From: an uncultured delta proteobacterium
Lineage (GTDB): Bacteria; Myxococcota; Myxococcia; Myxococcales; Myxococcaceae
Assembly (NCBI GenBank): GCA_963713045.1
Contig: CAVQKE010000005.1
Coordinates: 1 to 64,000 of the forward strand
Length of the DNA: 64,000 nt
Direction: 5' to 3'
The notes beneath the pieces were generated by a model that saw only the letters and a program-made list of their open reading frames with translations, was not told the origin of the DNA and searched no databases. The position numbers and the translations under genes were made by a program. Shown here piece after piece: positions 30,822 through 42,229 of the stretch; positions within the stretch are counted from its first letter, which is position 1; each line of letters opens with the position of its first letter.

Positions 30822-32984
30822 TCAGTGCGAAGGCTTCGCCGGAGAATCAGCCAGCGACAGCGCCCGAAGGCCATGCCGCTGGACAAGGGTCAGGACCGAC
30901 AGCTGTGCATCCGCCGGCGGCTCCCCCGGTGCGGGATGGCGCCGGTGGTAGACGCCGGCCGCGTCGAGGTCACGGGCCCGGCAGTTGTCCTTGCGGACCG
31001 GCTCGACCACCTCGCTGCGGATGCGCTCGCGAAGCGACTCTCGCGTGACGGGGAACAATAGCTCCACCCGGCGGTAGAGATTTCGCGGCATCCAGTCGGC
31101 CGAGGAAAGGAAGAATTCCTCTTCTCCCGGCGGGCCAAAGAGGAAGACGCGGGCATGCTCCAAAAAACGCCCCACCACCGAGGAGACGCGGATGTTTTCC
31201 GACAGCCCGGCGACTCCCGGCCGCAGGCAGCAGATGCCGCGCACGTCGAGGTCAATCTCCACCCCGGCCTGTGAGGCGCGGTAGAGGGCTTGAATCACCG
31301 GGGCATCCACCAGCGCATTCATCTTGGCGAAAATGCGGCCCGGCTTCCCGGAGCGAGCCCGCTCGGCCTGGCCGTCGATTTTTTCGAGGACCCGCTCGGC
31401 CAGCGTCGTCGGTGCCACCGCCAGTTTGCGGTAGGGACTGGCCTTGGAGAAGCCGGAGAGGGAGTTGAAGACCTCGGTGGCGTCCTCGCCCAAGTCCGGG
31501 TCGCAGGTGAAGAGGCCAAGGTCGGTGTAAATGCGCGACGTCCCGGCGTTGTAGTTGCCGGTGGAGAGGTGGACGTAGCGGCGGATGCCGTCGTGCTCCC
31601 GGCGAACGACGAGGGTCACCTTGGCGTGGATTTTGAGCCCGGCGCTTCCGTAGAAGACGTGCACCCCGGCGCGCTCCAGGGCGCGCGCCCACTCAATGTT
31701 GTTTTGCTCGTCGAAGCGGGCTTTCAACTCAATGGCCACCGCCACCTGCTTTCCATTCTCGGCCGCGGCAATCAGGCTCTTCACAATCTCCGAGTTGGAG
31801 CCGGTGCGGTAGAGCGTCATTTTGATGGCCAGCACGTCCGGGTCCTCCGCCGCTTTGCGCAGGAAGGCGAGCACCGGACTGAAGGAGTCGTAGGGGTGGT
31901 GCAAGAGAATGTCGCCGCCTCGGATGGCCGCGAAGGGGTCGGTGCCGTCGAGAAACTCGCGCGGGACTGCCGGGACGAAGGGCGCGTCGTGTAACTCCGG
32001 CCGCGGAAGCCCGGCCAGCGCAAACAGGGCGGCCGGCCCCAGCGGGGCCGGCGTCTCGTAGAGGTCGTCTTGGTCTATCTCCAGCTTGGAGAGGAGGAAG
32101 GCCCGAATTCGGTCCGGCGTGGCCGGGTCCACTTCCAGGCGCACCACCGCGCCGAATTTCCGGCGCCGGATTTCGCGGTCGATGGTGACCAGGAGGTCAT
32201 CGGCCTCATCCTCCATAATCTCAATGTCCATGTCCCGCGTAATGCGGAAGGGGTAGACCCCGAGGATGCGCATCCCGGGGAAGAGCGCATCGAGGTTGGC
32301 CGAGATGAGTGCCTCGAGCGGCAAAAACTCGCTCGGCCCGTTGGGGTCCGGCGTGTGCGGCTCGCGAAAGGCGTCGAGCGACACGAAGCGCGGAAGAATT
32401 TCCGGCACCTTGACACGCGCGAAGCGCCGAAGCTCGGCTTCCGGGTCCTCCGCCTCGACCGCCAGCGACAGCGAGAGGTTGGAGATGAAGGGAAAGGGAT
32501 GCCCTGGGTCCACCGCCAGCGGCGTCAGCACCGGAAACACACTGGTGCGGAAGTAGGCCCGTGCCCGCTCTTGCATCGCAGCGTCGAGCGACTCCCAGGT
32601 CCGAATCCGGACCCCGGCCGCCGCCAATTCGGGGACCAGCTGCTGGCCGAAGAGTTCCGACGCCGTGCGCAGCTGCCGCCGCACCGTCTCGGCAATCCGA
32701 GTGAGTTGCTCCCGGGCAGTGAGGCCGTCCGGGCTGCGCTCGACGTCCGGTTGCACCAGCTGACCGTGCAGGCCGCTGACGCGAATCATGAAAAACTCGT
32801 CCAGGTTGGCGTGGAAAATGGCGAAAAATTTTAGCCGCTCCAGCAGTGGCCAGGCTGGGTCGGCAGCCTCCTCCAGCACCCTCTCATTGAAGGCCAGCCA
32901 GGACATTTCCCGGTTGAGGTAATGGGCGGCCTCAGCGGGTAAGGCTGCCTTCGGCTTCGTGGATTTTCGTTCAGCGCGGGCCAT
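30822..32984 (-). CDS. ppk1: Polyphosphate kinase 1, second intact copy
   Basis: [49 protein letters not shown]. Confidence 0.95.
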   Translation of the reverse strand: MARAERKSTKPKAALPAEAAHYLNREMSWLAFNERVLEEAADPAWPLLERLKFFAIFHANLDEFFMIRVSGLHGQLVQPDVERSPDGLTAREQLTRIAETVRRQLRTASELFGQQLVPELAAAGVRIRTWESLDAAMQERARAYFRTSVFPVLTPLAVDPGHPFPFISNLSLSLAVEAEDPEAELRRFARVKVPEILPRFVSLDAFREPHTPDPNGPSEFLPLEALISANLDALFPGMRILGVYPFRITRDMDIEIMEDEADDLLVTIDREIRRRKFGAVVRLEVDPATPDRIRAFLLSKLEIDQDDLYETPAPLGPAALFALAGLPRPELHDAPFVPAVPREFLDGTDPFAAIRGGDILLHHPYDSFSPVLAFLRKAAEDPDVLAIKMTLYRTGSNSEIVKSLIAAAENGKQVAVAIELKARFDEQNNIEWARALERAGVHVFYGSAGLKIHAKVTLVVRREHDGIRRYVHLSTGNYNAGTSRIYTDLGLFTCDPDLGEDATEVFNSLSGFSKASPYRKLAVAPTTLAERVLEKIDGQAERARSGKPGRIFAKMNALVDAPVIQALYRASQAGVEIDLDVRGICCLRPGVAGLSENIRVSSVVGRFLEHARVFLFGPPGEEEFFLSSADWMPRNLYRRVELLFPVTRESLRERIRSEVVEPVRKDNCRARDLDAAGVYHRRHPAPGEPPADAQLSVLTLVQRHGLRALSLADSPAKPSH

Positions 32985-33159
32985 TGGGTACCAATTCAAC
33001 AGGTTGTGGGGCGGCCGTCATCCTGCTCGCATTGGGGGCCCCGACAGGTGACAAGTCCGAGGCAGCACCGGGGGGCGCAGGACGCCCCTGGCCCCGTTTC
33101 GGGAGGCAACGGCCCAAAACGTTGGGTTTTCGGCCGTCCGGCGACTAGGACAGGCCACT

Positions 33160-34226
<1,067 letters not shown>

Positions 34227-34248
34227 ACGCCTCGGCCGCGGGCCCGGG

Positions 34249-34945
34249 CTACTTCGCGGTGGGCAACTCGCTCGGCGGCGGCGCCATGCCAATGTCAATG
34301 CGGCGGTTCCTGGCGCGCCCCTCGGCCGTGTCGTTGGAAGCAATGGGGTGGTACTGCGCGTACCCGGCGGCGCCCAACGTCTTCGGGTCGACGCCCTCGG
34401 CGATGAAGAAGTGGACCACCGCCACGGCGCGGGCCGTCGAGAGCTCCCAGTTGGAAGGGAATTGCCGCGTCTTAATCGGTGTGTTGTCGGTGTTGCCAGG
34501 CCACGTAGAAGACGCGATTACTGACGCCCTTCATGGCCGAAGCCACGTTGCGCAGCTCCGCCTTGCCGCCCTTGGTGATGGCCGCCTTTCCCGGCGCGAA
34601 AAGCACCTTCTCTGGCAAGCGGATGGTGACCGAGTCCCGACAGGTTGGCGATTTCCACCCTGCCGGCGGCAGAGTCCGCGGCCAACGCCTGGCTCATATT
34701 CTTGTAGTCATCGTTCTTCTGTTCGAGGGTGGCGTTGCTTTGCCGAGGCCGGTCACCTTGCCGGACGTGGCCGCCAGCTTCTGCTCGCAGTCCGCGACGC
34801 GCTGCGACTGGGTCGCGGCGTCCTGTTTGTATTTGTCGGCGTCACTGACGGCGGCGTTGTACTTCTCCTGCGACACGCCGCCGCAGCCGACGGCCAATGC
34901 AGCCAGTCCTAGGACAACGCTTCTCTTGCGAATGTCACTCAGCAT
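34249..34945 (-). CDS. OmpA/MotB-family lipoprotein (frameshifted)
   Basis: Lipobox AVG-C; C-terminal NTDNTPI..FPSNWELSTARA..GRARNRRIDI peptidoglycan-binding domain read on the minus strand. Confidence 0.75.
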
Positions 34946-35144
34946 GGTCGGGAATTCCTCCAACGTCTTGTAGAAGAAGCATCCGCCAGGCGCACACGCC
35001 TCGGACGGCGGTTGCGGCGGACAATGCCCGCTCACCTGGCGGAGTGCAAAAGGGGAATTCGGTGGCGCCGCCAGCGCCAGAAGTTTTCCGGGTTGAGTAA
35101 TGAGAAAAATCCCATACTGTCATCCGCTTAGGGCCTTGCGAGAC

Positions 35145-35979
35145 ATGGCAAACTGCTGGCTTCTCTTCCTGCTGGTGCTGGGCACGCCCGCACTGGCCCA
35201 AACGGTGACCCCCGGCGGCGAGTCGTCGGCTGCGGATGCGTCGGCTGGGGAACCGGACGAGGCGGAGGAACTCGCCAAGAAGACGCAAAACCCAGTGGCG
35301 GACCTGACCACCATCCCCTTTCAGAGCAACACCAATTTCGGCGTCGCGCCGGGCAATGCCGTCCAGGAAGTCTTCAACATTCAGCCCGTCATCCCCATCC
35401 ACATGGGCGGCTTCAACGTCATCACCCGCACCATCATTCCTCTCATCAACCAGCCCAACACCGGGCCGGACGGCGCGAGCACCTTCGGGCTGGGCAACAT
35501 CAACACCACCCTCTTCCTCTCACCCAGACAGCCCGGGGCCCTCATCTGGGGAATTCGGCCCCGTCTTCGGCTTCCCCAGCAACACCAGCCCGGCGCTGGG
35601 GAGTGCCAAGTGGACGTTCGGCCCTTCCTTGGTGCTGCTCACCATGCCGGGCCCGTGGGTGCTGGGCATCATCGTCAACAACGTGTGGAGTTATGCGGGC
35701 GGTGGAAGCCAAAACGTCAACTCCTTCCTGCTGCAGTACTTCGTCAACTACAACTTCCGCGGGGGCTGGTACCTCACCTCCTCGCCCCTCATCACGGCCA
35801 ATTGGCTGGCCACGTCCTACGGCAACAAGTGGACGTTTCCGGTGGGGGCCGGCTTCGGCAAGCTGCTGCGTCTGGGACGCTTGCCCCTCAATTTCAACGT
35901 GGCCGCCTACTACAACGTCTGGCGTCCCAGCGGCGGCCCCAGCTGGCAGCTGCGGCTTCAAGCGGCCCTCATCTTTTGA
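35145..35979 (+). CDS. Putative outer-membrane transporter/beta-barrel (family often mis-annotated 'neuromedin U'), frameshift near 35550
   Basis: Signal peptide, ELAKKTQNPVADL..IPFQ, NIQPVIP, FVNYNF, terminal Phe. Confidence 0.7.
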
Positions 35980-36180
35980 AGGGCCCGTTGGGGCGCGCCT
36001 GGCGTGGCTGTTAGGGTGGCTTCCCCCGGGCGCGCAGGGTGCGGCCTCGCCTTTTTTTCGCGCCCGAGGCCCACGCCGGCAGACTGAAAAAAAGCCCCGG
36101 AAACGCTTCCCCCCATCCGGCGGGGCGGCGCGCAACAACCCGCCAGGGGGGGCCTTTGGAAGAAAGGAACCAAGGTGCAG

Positions 36181-38501
36181 ATGAGGCACGAAGAAAGCAG
36201 CGCCCGGTGGCTCCTCGCGGGGCTGCTTGTTGTCGGCTGCTCCCGCCAGCAGCCACCACCGGCGGCGCCATCCCCGGCGCCGCCGGCCGCGGCGGCACCG
36301 GCCCGCTACGTCGGCTCGGCGGCCTGCGCCGAGTGCCACGTCGTCGAGACAAAGGCCTGGGCCGCCTCCCACCACCAGCTGGCGATGCAGCCGGCCACGG
36401 AGGCCACCGTGCTGGGGAATTTCCAGGACGCGCACTTCACCTTCCAAGGCGTGACGACCACCTTTCTCCGCCCGGACGGCGGCTTCGCGGTGCGCACCGA
36501 CGGACCGGACGGAACGCTGGCCGACTTTCCCGTCCGCTTCACCTTTGGCGTGGAACCGTTGCAGCAGTACCTGCTGCAATTCCCGAAGGGCCGCCTGCAA
36601 GTCCTCGGCATCGCCTGGGACACCCGTCCGCGTGCCGAGGGCGGGCAGCGCTGGTTTCACCTGTACCCGAGCGAGCTGCAGATGGACTTTCGCAACGCGC
36701 TGCACTGGACGGGTCCCCAACAAAACTGGAATTACCAGTGCGGCGCCTGCCACACGACGGACTTTCAGAAAAACTACCGCGCCGACTCCGACAGCTTTGA
36801 GACGGCCTACAGCGACGGCAACGTGGGCTGCGAGGCCTGCCACGGCCCGGCCTCGGACACCTCGCCTGGGCGCACTCAGCCAACCCGGCACCGGACGCAT
36901 TGAAGGGCCTCACCTTCGCCCTGCACGGGGCATCTTTTGCCAGCTGGGGGAAGCTGGGAAGCAACGGCACCCTCACCCGCGAAGGGCCCATCTCGCGTGT
37001 GGAAGTGGAAACCTGTGGGCCGTGCCACGCGCGCCGAGGGCAGTTCTGGCCGACCGCCGCGCCCGGCGAGCCCATTGGCCAGGCGTACCGCGTCGCACTT
37101 CTCGAGGAGGGCCTGTATGAAGCCGACGGCCAAATTCGGGATGAAGTCTACGAATATGGCTCTTTTTTGCAGTCCAAAATGTTTCTGCACGGCGTCACCT
37201 GTTCGGACTGCCATGAGCCGCATGCGGCCAAGAAGCTGCGCTCGGAAGGCAACGGGGTGTGCACCCACTGTCACCAGGCGGCGCACTTCGACACGCCCGA
37301 GCACCACCACCACGCCGTTGGCACCGCCGGCGCGCAGTGCGTCTCCTGCCACATGCCGATGCGCACCTACATGGTGCTGGATGGACGGAGGGACCATTCG
37401 TTTCGCATTCCTCGGCCGGACCTCGCCCTTCAACTCAACACCCCGGACGCCTGCACGGCTTGCCACCGGGACAAGGGGGTTCGTTGGACCGCGGCCAAGG
37501 CACTCGCCCTCTGGCCTTCCCTCCCGGCGCACCCGCAGTGGGGCGAGGCCATTGAGGCCGGACGCCACTGGCTTCCCGGCGCCGGGGACAAGTTGATGGC
37601 CACCGCCCGAGACACCAACTTTCCAGCCATCGTCCGGGCCACCGCCGTCGAGCTTCTGGAGGGCTACCCGGACCCCAACCTCGTCCCTCTCCTCTCGCGG
37701 CTGGCCGTCGACCCGGACCCGCTGATTCGCCGCGCCACGGCCCACACCCTGTCTGGCCTCGACATCCCGGACCGGGTGCGCCTCGCCGCGCCACTTCTCG
37801 CCGACCCCATCCGCGACGTCCGCCTGGAGGCAACCTCCACGCTGGCGCCAGTCGCAGCTCGGGACTTGGACCCTTCACAGCGCGCGGCCCTGGAGGTGGC
37901 GGTGCGCGAACGACGCGCTTCGTTGGCCTCGGACGCGGACCGCAGCGAGGCACAGTACAACCTGGGTGTGCTGGAGATGGCGCGGGGAAACATTGGCGCG
38001 GCCGAGACGGCCTTCCGCTTGGCCATCCAGCGCGACCCCACCTTCGGCCCGGCCTACCTCAACCTAGCCGAGGTGCTGCGCGGCACCGGCCGCGAGGCGG
38101 AGGCAGAGAAGACGCTGCGCGAAGCGCTGCGCGTGGACGCCGGCGATGCCCCTGCCCACCACGCGCTCGGCCTGTCCCTGGTGCGCCAGGGCCGCAAGGC
38201 CGACGCCCTGGTGCAGCTGGAAAAGGCGGCGCGGCTGGGCGTGGCCAACCCGCGCTTCGCGTACGTCTACGCCATTGCCCTGCAGGACAGTGGAGACCAC
38301 CGCGGCGCCCTGAAGGTGGCTGAACGGACGCAGGCGCGCTACCCCGGCAACATGGACATCCTCACCCTTTTGGTCCAACTCCACCGCAGAGCCGGGGACG
38401 TCGAGGGCGCGCGCCTGTGGGCCCGCAAGCTGGCCGCGGCCGCACCCAACCTGCCGGCGGTGCAGCAATATGTCCGCGAGGTGGAGCAAGGCCGTCCCTG
38501 A
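36181..38501 (+). CDS. Multiheme c-type cytochrome with HEAT/TPR C-terminus, lipoprotein (frameshift near 36857)
   Basis: Lipobox VVG-C; eight CxxCH motifs (CAECH, CGACH, CEACH, CGPCH, CSDCH, CTHCH, CVSCH, CTACH); TPR repeats. Confidence 0.85.
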
Positions 38502-38580
38502 GGGCCGGCACGGAAGTCGCTGGCCTCAGGTTCCTGACGTAGCGTTCCACAGGCACCAGGGGGGCCCACGCCCCGCCCGA

Positions 38581-39285
38581 ATGAACGCTGCTCTCATCTC
38601 GAAAAAGCACCTTCTGGTCCTGGTGACGGCGCTGCTGGCCGAGGCCCTCCAACACGCGGCCACCACGCCCGCCCGGGCCAAGGGGTTTGACTTCCTCGTC
38701 ATCCTGCTGGTGGTGGTCATCTTCCTGGCGGTGTTTGAGGACCCGGTCCAGCGGACCGTCGGCCTCGCGCTGGGGTTCGCTGGCGTCGGGACCAATTGGC
38801 TGCATTACGTCTTGCTCGGCCGCGCACTGTTAACCAGCGAGGTGTTGCACCACATCTTCATGGCCGGCTTCTTCGGCTTCACCGCGTACGCCATTCTGCG
38901 GGGCATCTTCCAGCGGAAGCATGTCAATGGGGACGCGGTGATAGGCGCCGTCTGCGGCTACCTCTTCGCCGGAGCGGCCTTCGGCAACCTGTACGCGCTG
39001 GTGGAGCTTCTGTCGCCCGGTTCCTTCCTCATCAACACCGCCATCGCCTGGCAACTCAACGACTGGCACCAGCGCCGCTTCCTCTTCGACTACCTGAGCC
39101 TCGTGACGCTGACCTCCCTCGGCTATGGCGAAATTACGCCGCTGCTACCGTGGGCCCAGACACTCACCTGGATGGAGTCCATCTTCGGCCAGTTCTACCT
39201 CGCGGTGGTGGTGGCCCAGCTGGTGGGCATGCGGATGGCGCCAAAGCCGCACGAGGCGCCGCCTCGCGCCGAGAAGCAAGCATGA
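38581..39285 (+). CDS. Ion channel (Ion_trans_2 potassium channel family)
   Basis: TLTSLGYGEITP selectivity-filter-like motif; several TM helices. Confidence 0.8.
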   Translation: MNAALISKKHLLVLVTALLAEALQHAATTPARAKGFDFLVILLVVVIFLAVFEDPVQRTVGLALGFAGVGTNWLHYVLLGRALLTSEVLHHIFMAGFFGFTAYAILRGIFQRKHVNGDAVIGAVCGYLFAGAAFGNLYALVELLSPGSFLINTAIAWQLNDWHQRRFLFDYLSLVTLTSLGYGEITPLLPWAQTLTWMESIFGQFYLAVVVAQLVGMRMAPKPHEAPPRAEKQA

Positions 39286-39394
39286 GGGACCGCGGGCGCG
39301 GTGTCAGCACGCGGTCGACGTCCGCGTTGGCCCGCAGGCGCGGTGGGCCCTGCCCTCGCCGGCCGGGCCAGCCCTTCGGTGGCCTCAAGGCAGA

Positions 39395-40180
39395 ATGACG
39401 GGCTTTCGCGAGCGCTATGGGCCTTGGGCGCTGGTGGCCGGAGCCTCTGCGGGCCTGGGCGAGGCCTTCGCCCGCAACTTGGCGGCCCGCGGCCTGAACC
39501 TGCTTCTTCTGGCCCGTCGGCAACAGGCGCTGGAGGCCCTGGCGGCAGACATTCGCGCCCGGCACGGCGTCCAAGTCCGCCACCAAGCCCTGGACGTCGG
39601 CGCCAGTGACTTGGGCGAGGGCGTGGCGCGCCTCTGCGCCGGGGAGGACGTGGGACTCCTCGTCTACAACGCTGCCGCTTCCGCCATTGGCCCCTTCTTG
39701 GCGCAGCCGCTGGAAGCCCAGCTGCGCGTCCTCGACGTCAACTGCCGGGGGGCACTGACTCTGGCACACCAACTGGGGCGGCCGATGTTGCAGCGCGGGC
39801 GCGGCGGACTGCTGCTCATGACGTCGCTGGCCGCCTCGCAAGGCGGGCCACTCCTCGCCTCCTACGCCGCCAGCAAGGCCTTCAACCTCATCCTGGCCGA
39901 GGGCCTGTGGGCCGAGCTCCGCCAGGGCGGCGTGGACGTCCTGGCCTGCCGCGCCGGAGCGACCCGGACGCCAGGCTACGCCTCCAGCCACCCCCAAAAG
40001 TCCATCCGCCTGATGGAGCCAGAGGCGGTGGTGGAAAAGGCGCTGCGGGCGCTGGGGCATGGGCCCAGCGTCGTGCCGGGGGCCTTCAACCGGCTGGCGG
40101 CCTTGCTGTTGGGGCGGCTTCTCCCGCGGCGTACCGCCATCGGCGTCATGGGGCGGGCCACCCACGAGTTGTACGGGTGA
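39395..40180 (+). CDS. SDR family oxidoreductase
   Basis: GASAGLG, YNAA, YAASKAF. Confidence 0.9.
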   Translation: MTGFRERYGPWALVAGASAGLGEAFARNLAARGLNLLLLARRQQALEALAADIRARHGVQVRHQALDVGASDLGEGVARLCAGEDVGLLVYNAAASAIGPFLAQPLEAQLRVLDVNCRGALTLAHQLGRPMLQRGRGGLLLMTSLAASQGGPLLASYAASKAFNLILAEGLWAELRQGGVDVLACRAGATRTPGYASSHPQKSIRLMEPEAVVEKALRALGHGPSVVPGAFNRLAALLLGRLLPRRTAIGVMGRATHELYG

Positions 40181-41070
40181 GCGGCGCGAGACCGCCTCGC
40201 CTCAGCCGCCGACAGAGCCGCCTTCAGGTTTTGCTGGCCTATGGCGCGGCGCTGCTGGTGGCGCTGGCCGTCGGCCTGCTTCTGCGAGGGCGCCACCCCA
40301 TTGTGGTGGCGGCAGCGGCCGACGTCGCAGCGACAGCCGTCGTCTTCGCCTTCAGCGTGGCCCATGACAACTCCAGTCTCTACGACATGTATTGGAGCCT
40401 CGCCCCACTGCCCATTGCGGCTTACTGGGCAAGCGGTAACCCCGACGCACCCGAGGCACGCCAAGTCCTGGTCCTCCTCCTGCTCTGCGTCTGGAGTCTC
40501 CGCCTCACCGCCAACTGGTGGGCCCGCTGGCAGGGGCTGCACGACGAGGACTTTCGCTACCAGGAAATCCGCCGGCGCACCGGCCGCCTCTACTGGCCGG
40601 CCAGCTTTCTCAGTATTCACCTCATGCCCACAGCGTGGGTCTTCCTTGGCATGCTGCCAGTGTACCCGGCGGCGGCATGGCCCGCGCCGGGCCTCACCGC
40701 CCTGGACGCGCTGGCCGTCGCGGTGACAGCCACCGCCATCGGCGTGGAAGGCGTGGCCGATGCCCAGTTGCGCCGCTTTCTCCGCACCCGCCAGGACCGC
40801 GCGGCGGCGCTGGAGAGCGGCCTTTGGGCCTACAGCCGCCACCCCAACTACTTCGGGGAAGTGCTTTTCTGGTGGGGCCTGTACCTCTTCGCCCTCGCGG
40901 TGGGGCCGAGGTGGGCGTGGACGGGCGTGGGGGCCGTCTTCCTCACGCTGTTGTTTGTGCTGGTCAGCGTCCCGTGGATGGACCGCCGCATGCTGTCCCG
41001 GCACCCGGGCTGGGAAGTCCGGCTGCGCACCACCTCAGCGCTGGTGCCCTGGCCCAAGCGGCGCCGCTGA
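40177..41070 (+). CDS. DUF1295 (steroid 5-alpha-reductase-like) membrane protein
   Basis: NSSLYDMYWS, EDFRY, GLWAYSRHPNYFGE; GTGA overlap with the SDR gene. Confidence 0.88.
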   Translation: MSGARPPRLSRRQSRLQVLLAYGAALLVALAVGLLLRGRHPIVVAAAADVAATAVVFAFSVAHDNSSLYDMYWSLAPLPIAAYWASGNPDAPEARQVLVLLLLCVWSLRLTANWWARWQGLHDEDFRYQEIRRRTGRLYWPASFLSIHLMPTAWVFLGMLPVYPAAAWPAPGLTALDALAVAVTATAIGVEGVADAQLRRFLRTRQDRAAALESGLWAYSRHPNYFGEVLFWWGLYLFALAVGPRWAWTGVGAVFLTLLFVLVSVPWMDRRMLSRHPGWEVRLRTTSALVPWPKRRR

Positions 41071-41075
41071 GGGCG

Positions 41076-41411
41076 TCACTTCGCCAGGGTGTGGATGTAG
41101 GCGACCACGTCCCAAATTTGCTGGTCGGTGAATTGCGGGTAGGCGTCCATGTCCTTGGAAAGCCCATTGGCCTTGCCGCCCTTCTGGATGACTTTAAACA
41201 TCTCGTCGTCCGGGGGAAGGTTGCGTGCGCTGAAGGCCTTGGGTTTGGGATTGAGGCTTTTACCCACCGGCCCATTGCCGTCACCGGTTTTGCCGTGGCA
41301 GATGACGCACTGGGCGCTGTAGATGGGCTTGCCTTTGGTGGCGTCCCCGGCAGCGGCCCAGCACAGGGCTGGTCCCAGCAGCCCGAGAAGCACCCAACGG
41401 ATTCCGCGCAT
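41076..41411 (-). CDS. Monoheme cytochrome c
   Basis: Signal peptide, CVICHG, distal Met. Confidence 0.9.
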   Translation of the reverse strand: MRGIRWVLLGLLGPALCWAAAGDATKGKPIYSAQCVICHGKTGDGNGPVGKSLNPKPKAFSARNLPPDDEMFKVIQKGGKANGLSKDMDAYPQFTDQQIWDVVAYIHTLAK

Positions 41412-41563
41412 GCACCCCTCCTGTGGATAGTCGGCCTACAGCTTAGGGTTGGCCAGAAGCCGGGCAAAGACGGCCGGTGCGGGCAGTCGGCGACGGCGCC
41501 GAGGCGGCGCTTGTAAACGCCTTCAACACGACAACCGCCACGCGAAAGGCTGTGCCCAGGTTA

Positions 41564-41599
41564 TTGACAAAATAATCTGTCTATACAATCTTTCCTGTC
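41564..41599 (+). promoter_or_regulatory. Promoter/operator of the HTH-SRPBCC operon
   Basis: TTGACA at 41564, TACAAT at 41584; tandem GACA-N8-TGTC and TACA-N8-TGTC dyads in an AT-rich patch. Confidence 0.55.
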
Positions 41600-42229
41600 G
41601 TGCAGCGTCCGGTGCAGGTCGTCCAGTCCCTCGACACGGCGGCCACCGTGTTGGACGGGACGCGGCTCCGCATTCTCGCTGGCCTGAGAGAGCCTCACTC
41701 CGCGGCCAGCGTGGCGCGCGCGCTGGGCCTCCCCCGCCAGCGCGTCGGCTACCACGTGCGCGCCCTGGAAAAGGCGGGCCTCCTCGTCCCCGCCGGGGAG
41801 CGGCGCAAGGGCGGCACCGTGGAGCGGCTGCTTCAAGCCAGCGCCCGCTCCTACGTCATCTCGCCTGAGGCCCTCGGCCTGCTCGGCACCACCCGGGCCG
41901 AAGTCCAAGACAGGTTTTCCTCCACCTACCAGGTGGCCGCCACCGCGCGAACGCTGCGGGACTTGGCCATCCTCCAGGCACGGGCCGCCCAGGCCGGAAA
42001 GCGCCTCCCCACGCTGACGTTGGAGACCGAAGTGCGTTTCGCCTCAGCCCAGGCCCAGACGGCCTTCGCCGCCGAGTTGACGCAGGCTCTCGCCGCCCTC
42101 GCCGCCCGCTACCACCGGGCGGACGCCCCAGACGGCCGCAGCTTCCGCTTCGTCCTGGCCGGTCACCCGGTGCTGTCCGGGGCGGACGCCTCACCCCAGC
42201 CGCCCCACCGAGGAGGGAGTCCGCCATGA
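41600..42229 (+). CDS. ArsR-like winged-HTH transcriptional regulator
   Basis: RLRILAGL..SAASVARALGLPRQRVGYHVRALEKAGL. Confidence 0.85.
   Translation: MQRPVQVVQSLDTAATVLDGTRLRILAGLREPHSAASVARALGLPRQRVGYHVRALEKAGLLVPAGERRKGGTVERLLQASARSYVISPEALGLLGTTRAEVQDRFSSTYQVAATARTLRDLAILQARAAQAGKRLPTLTLETEVRFASAQAQTAFAAELTQALAALAARYHRADAPDGRSFRFVLAGHPVLSGADASPQPPHRGGSPP

Noticed and set aside
36850..36905. TGA at 36901 in the multiheme cytochrome as recoding
   Set aside because: The continuation is in a different frame; restoring one base gives CHGPASGHLAW, an ordinary indel.
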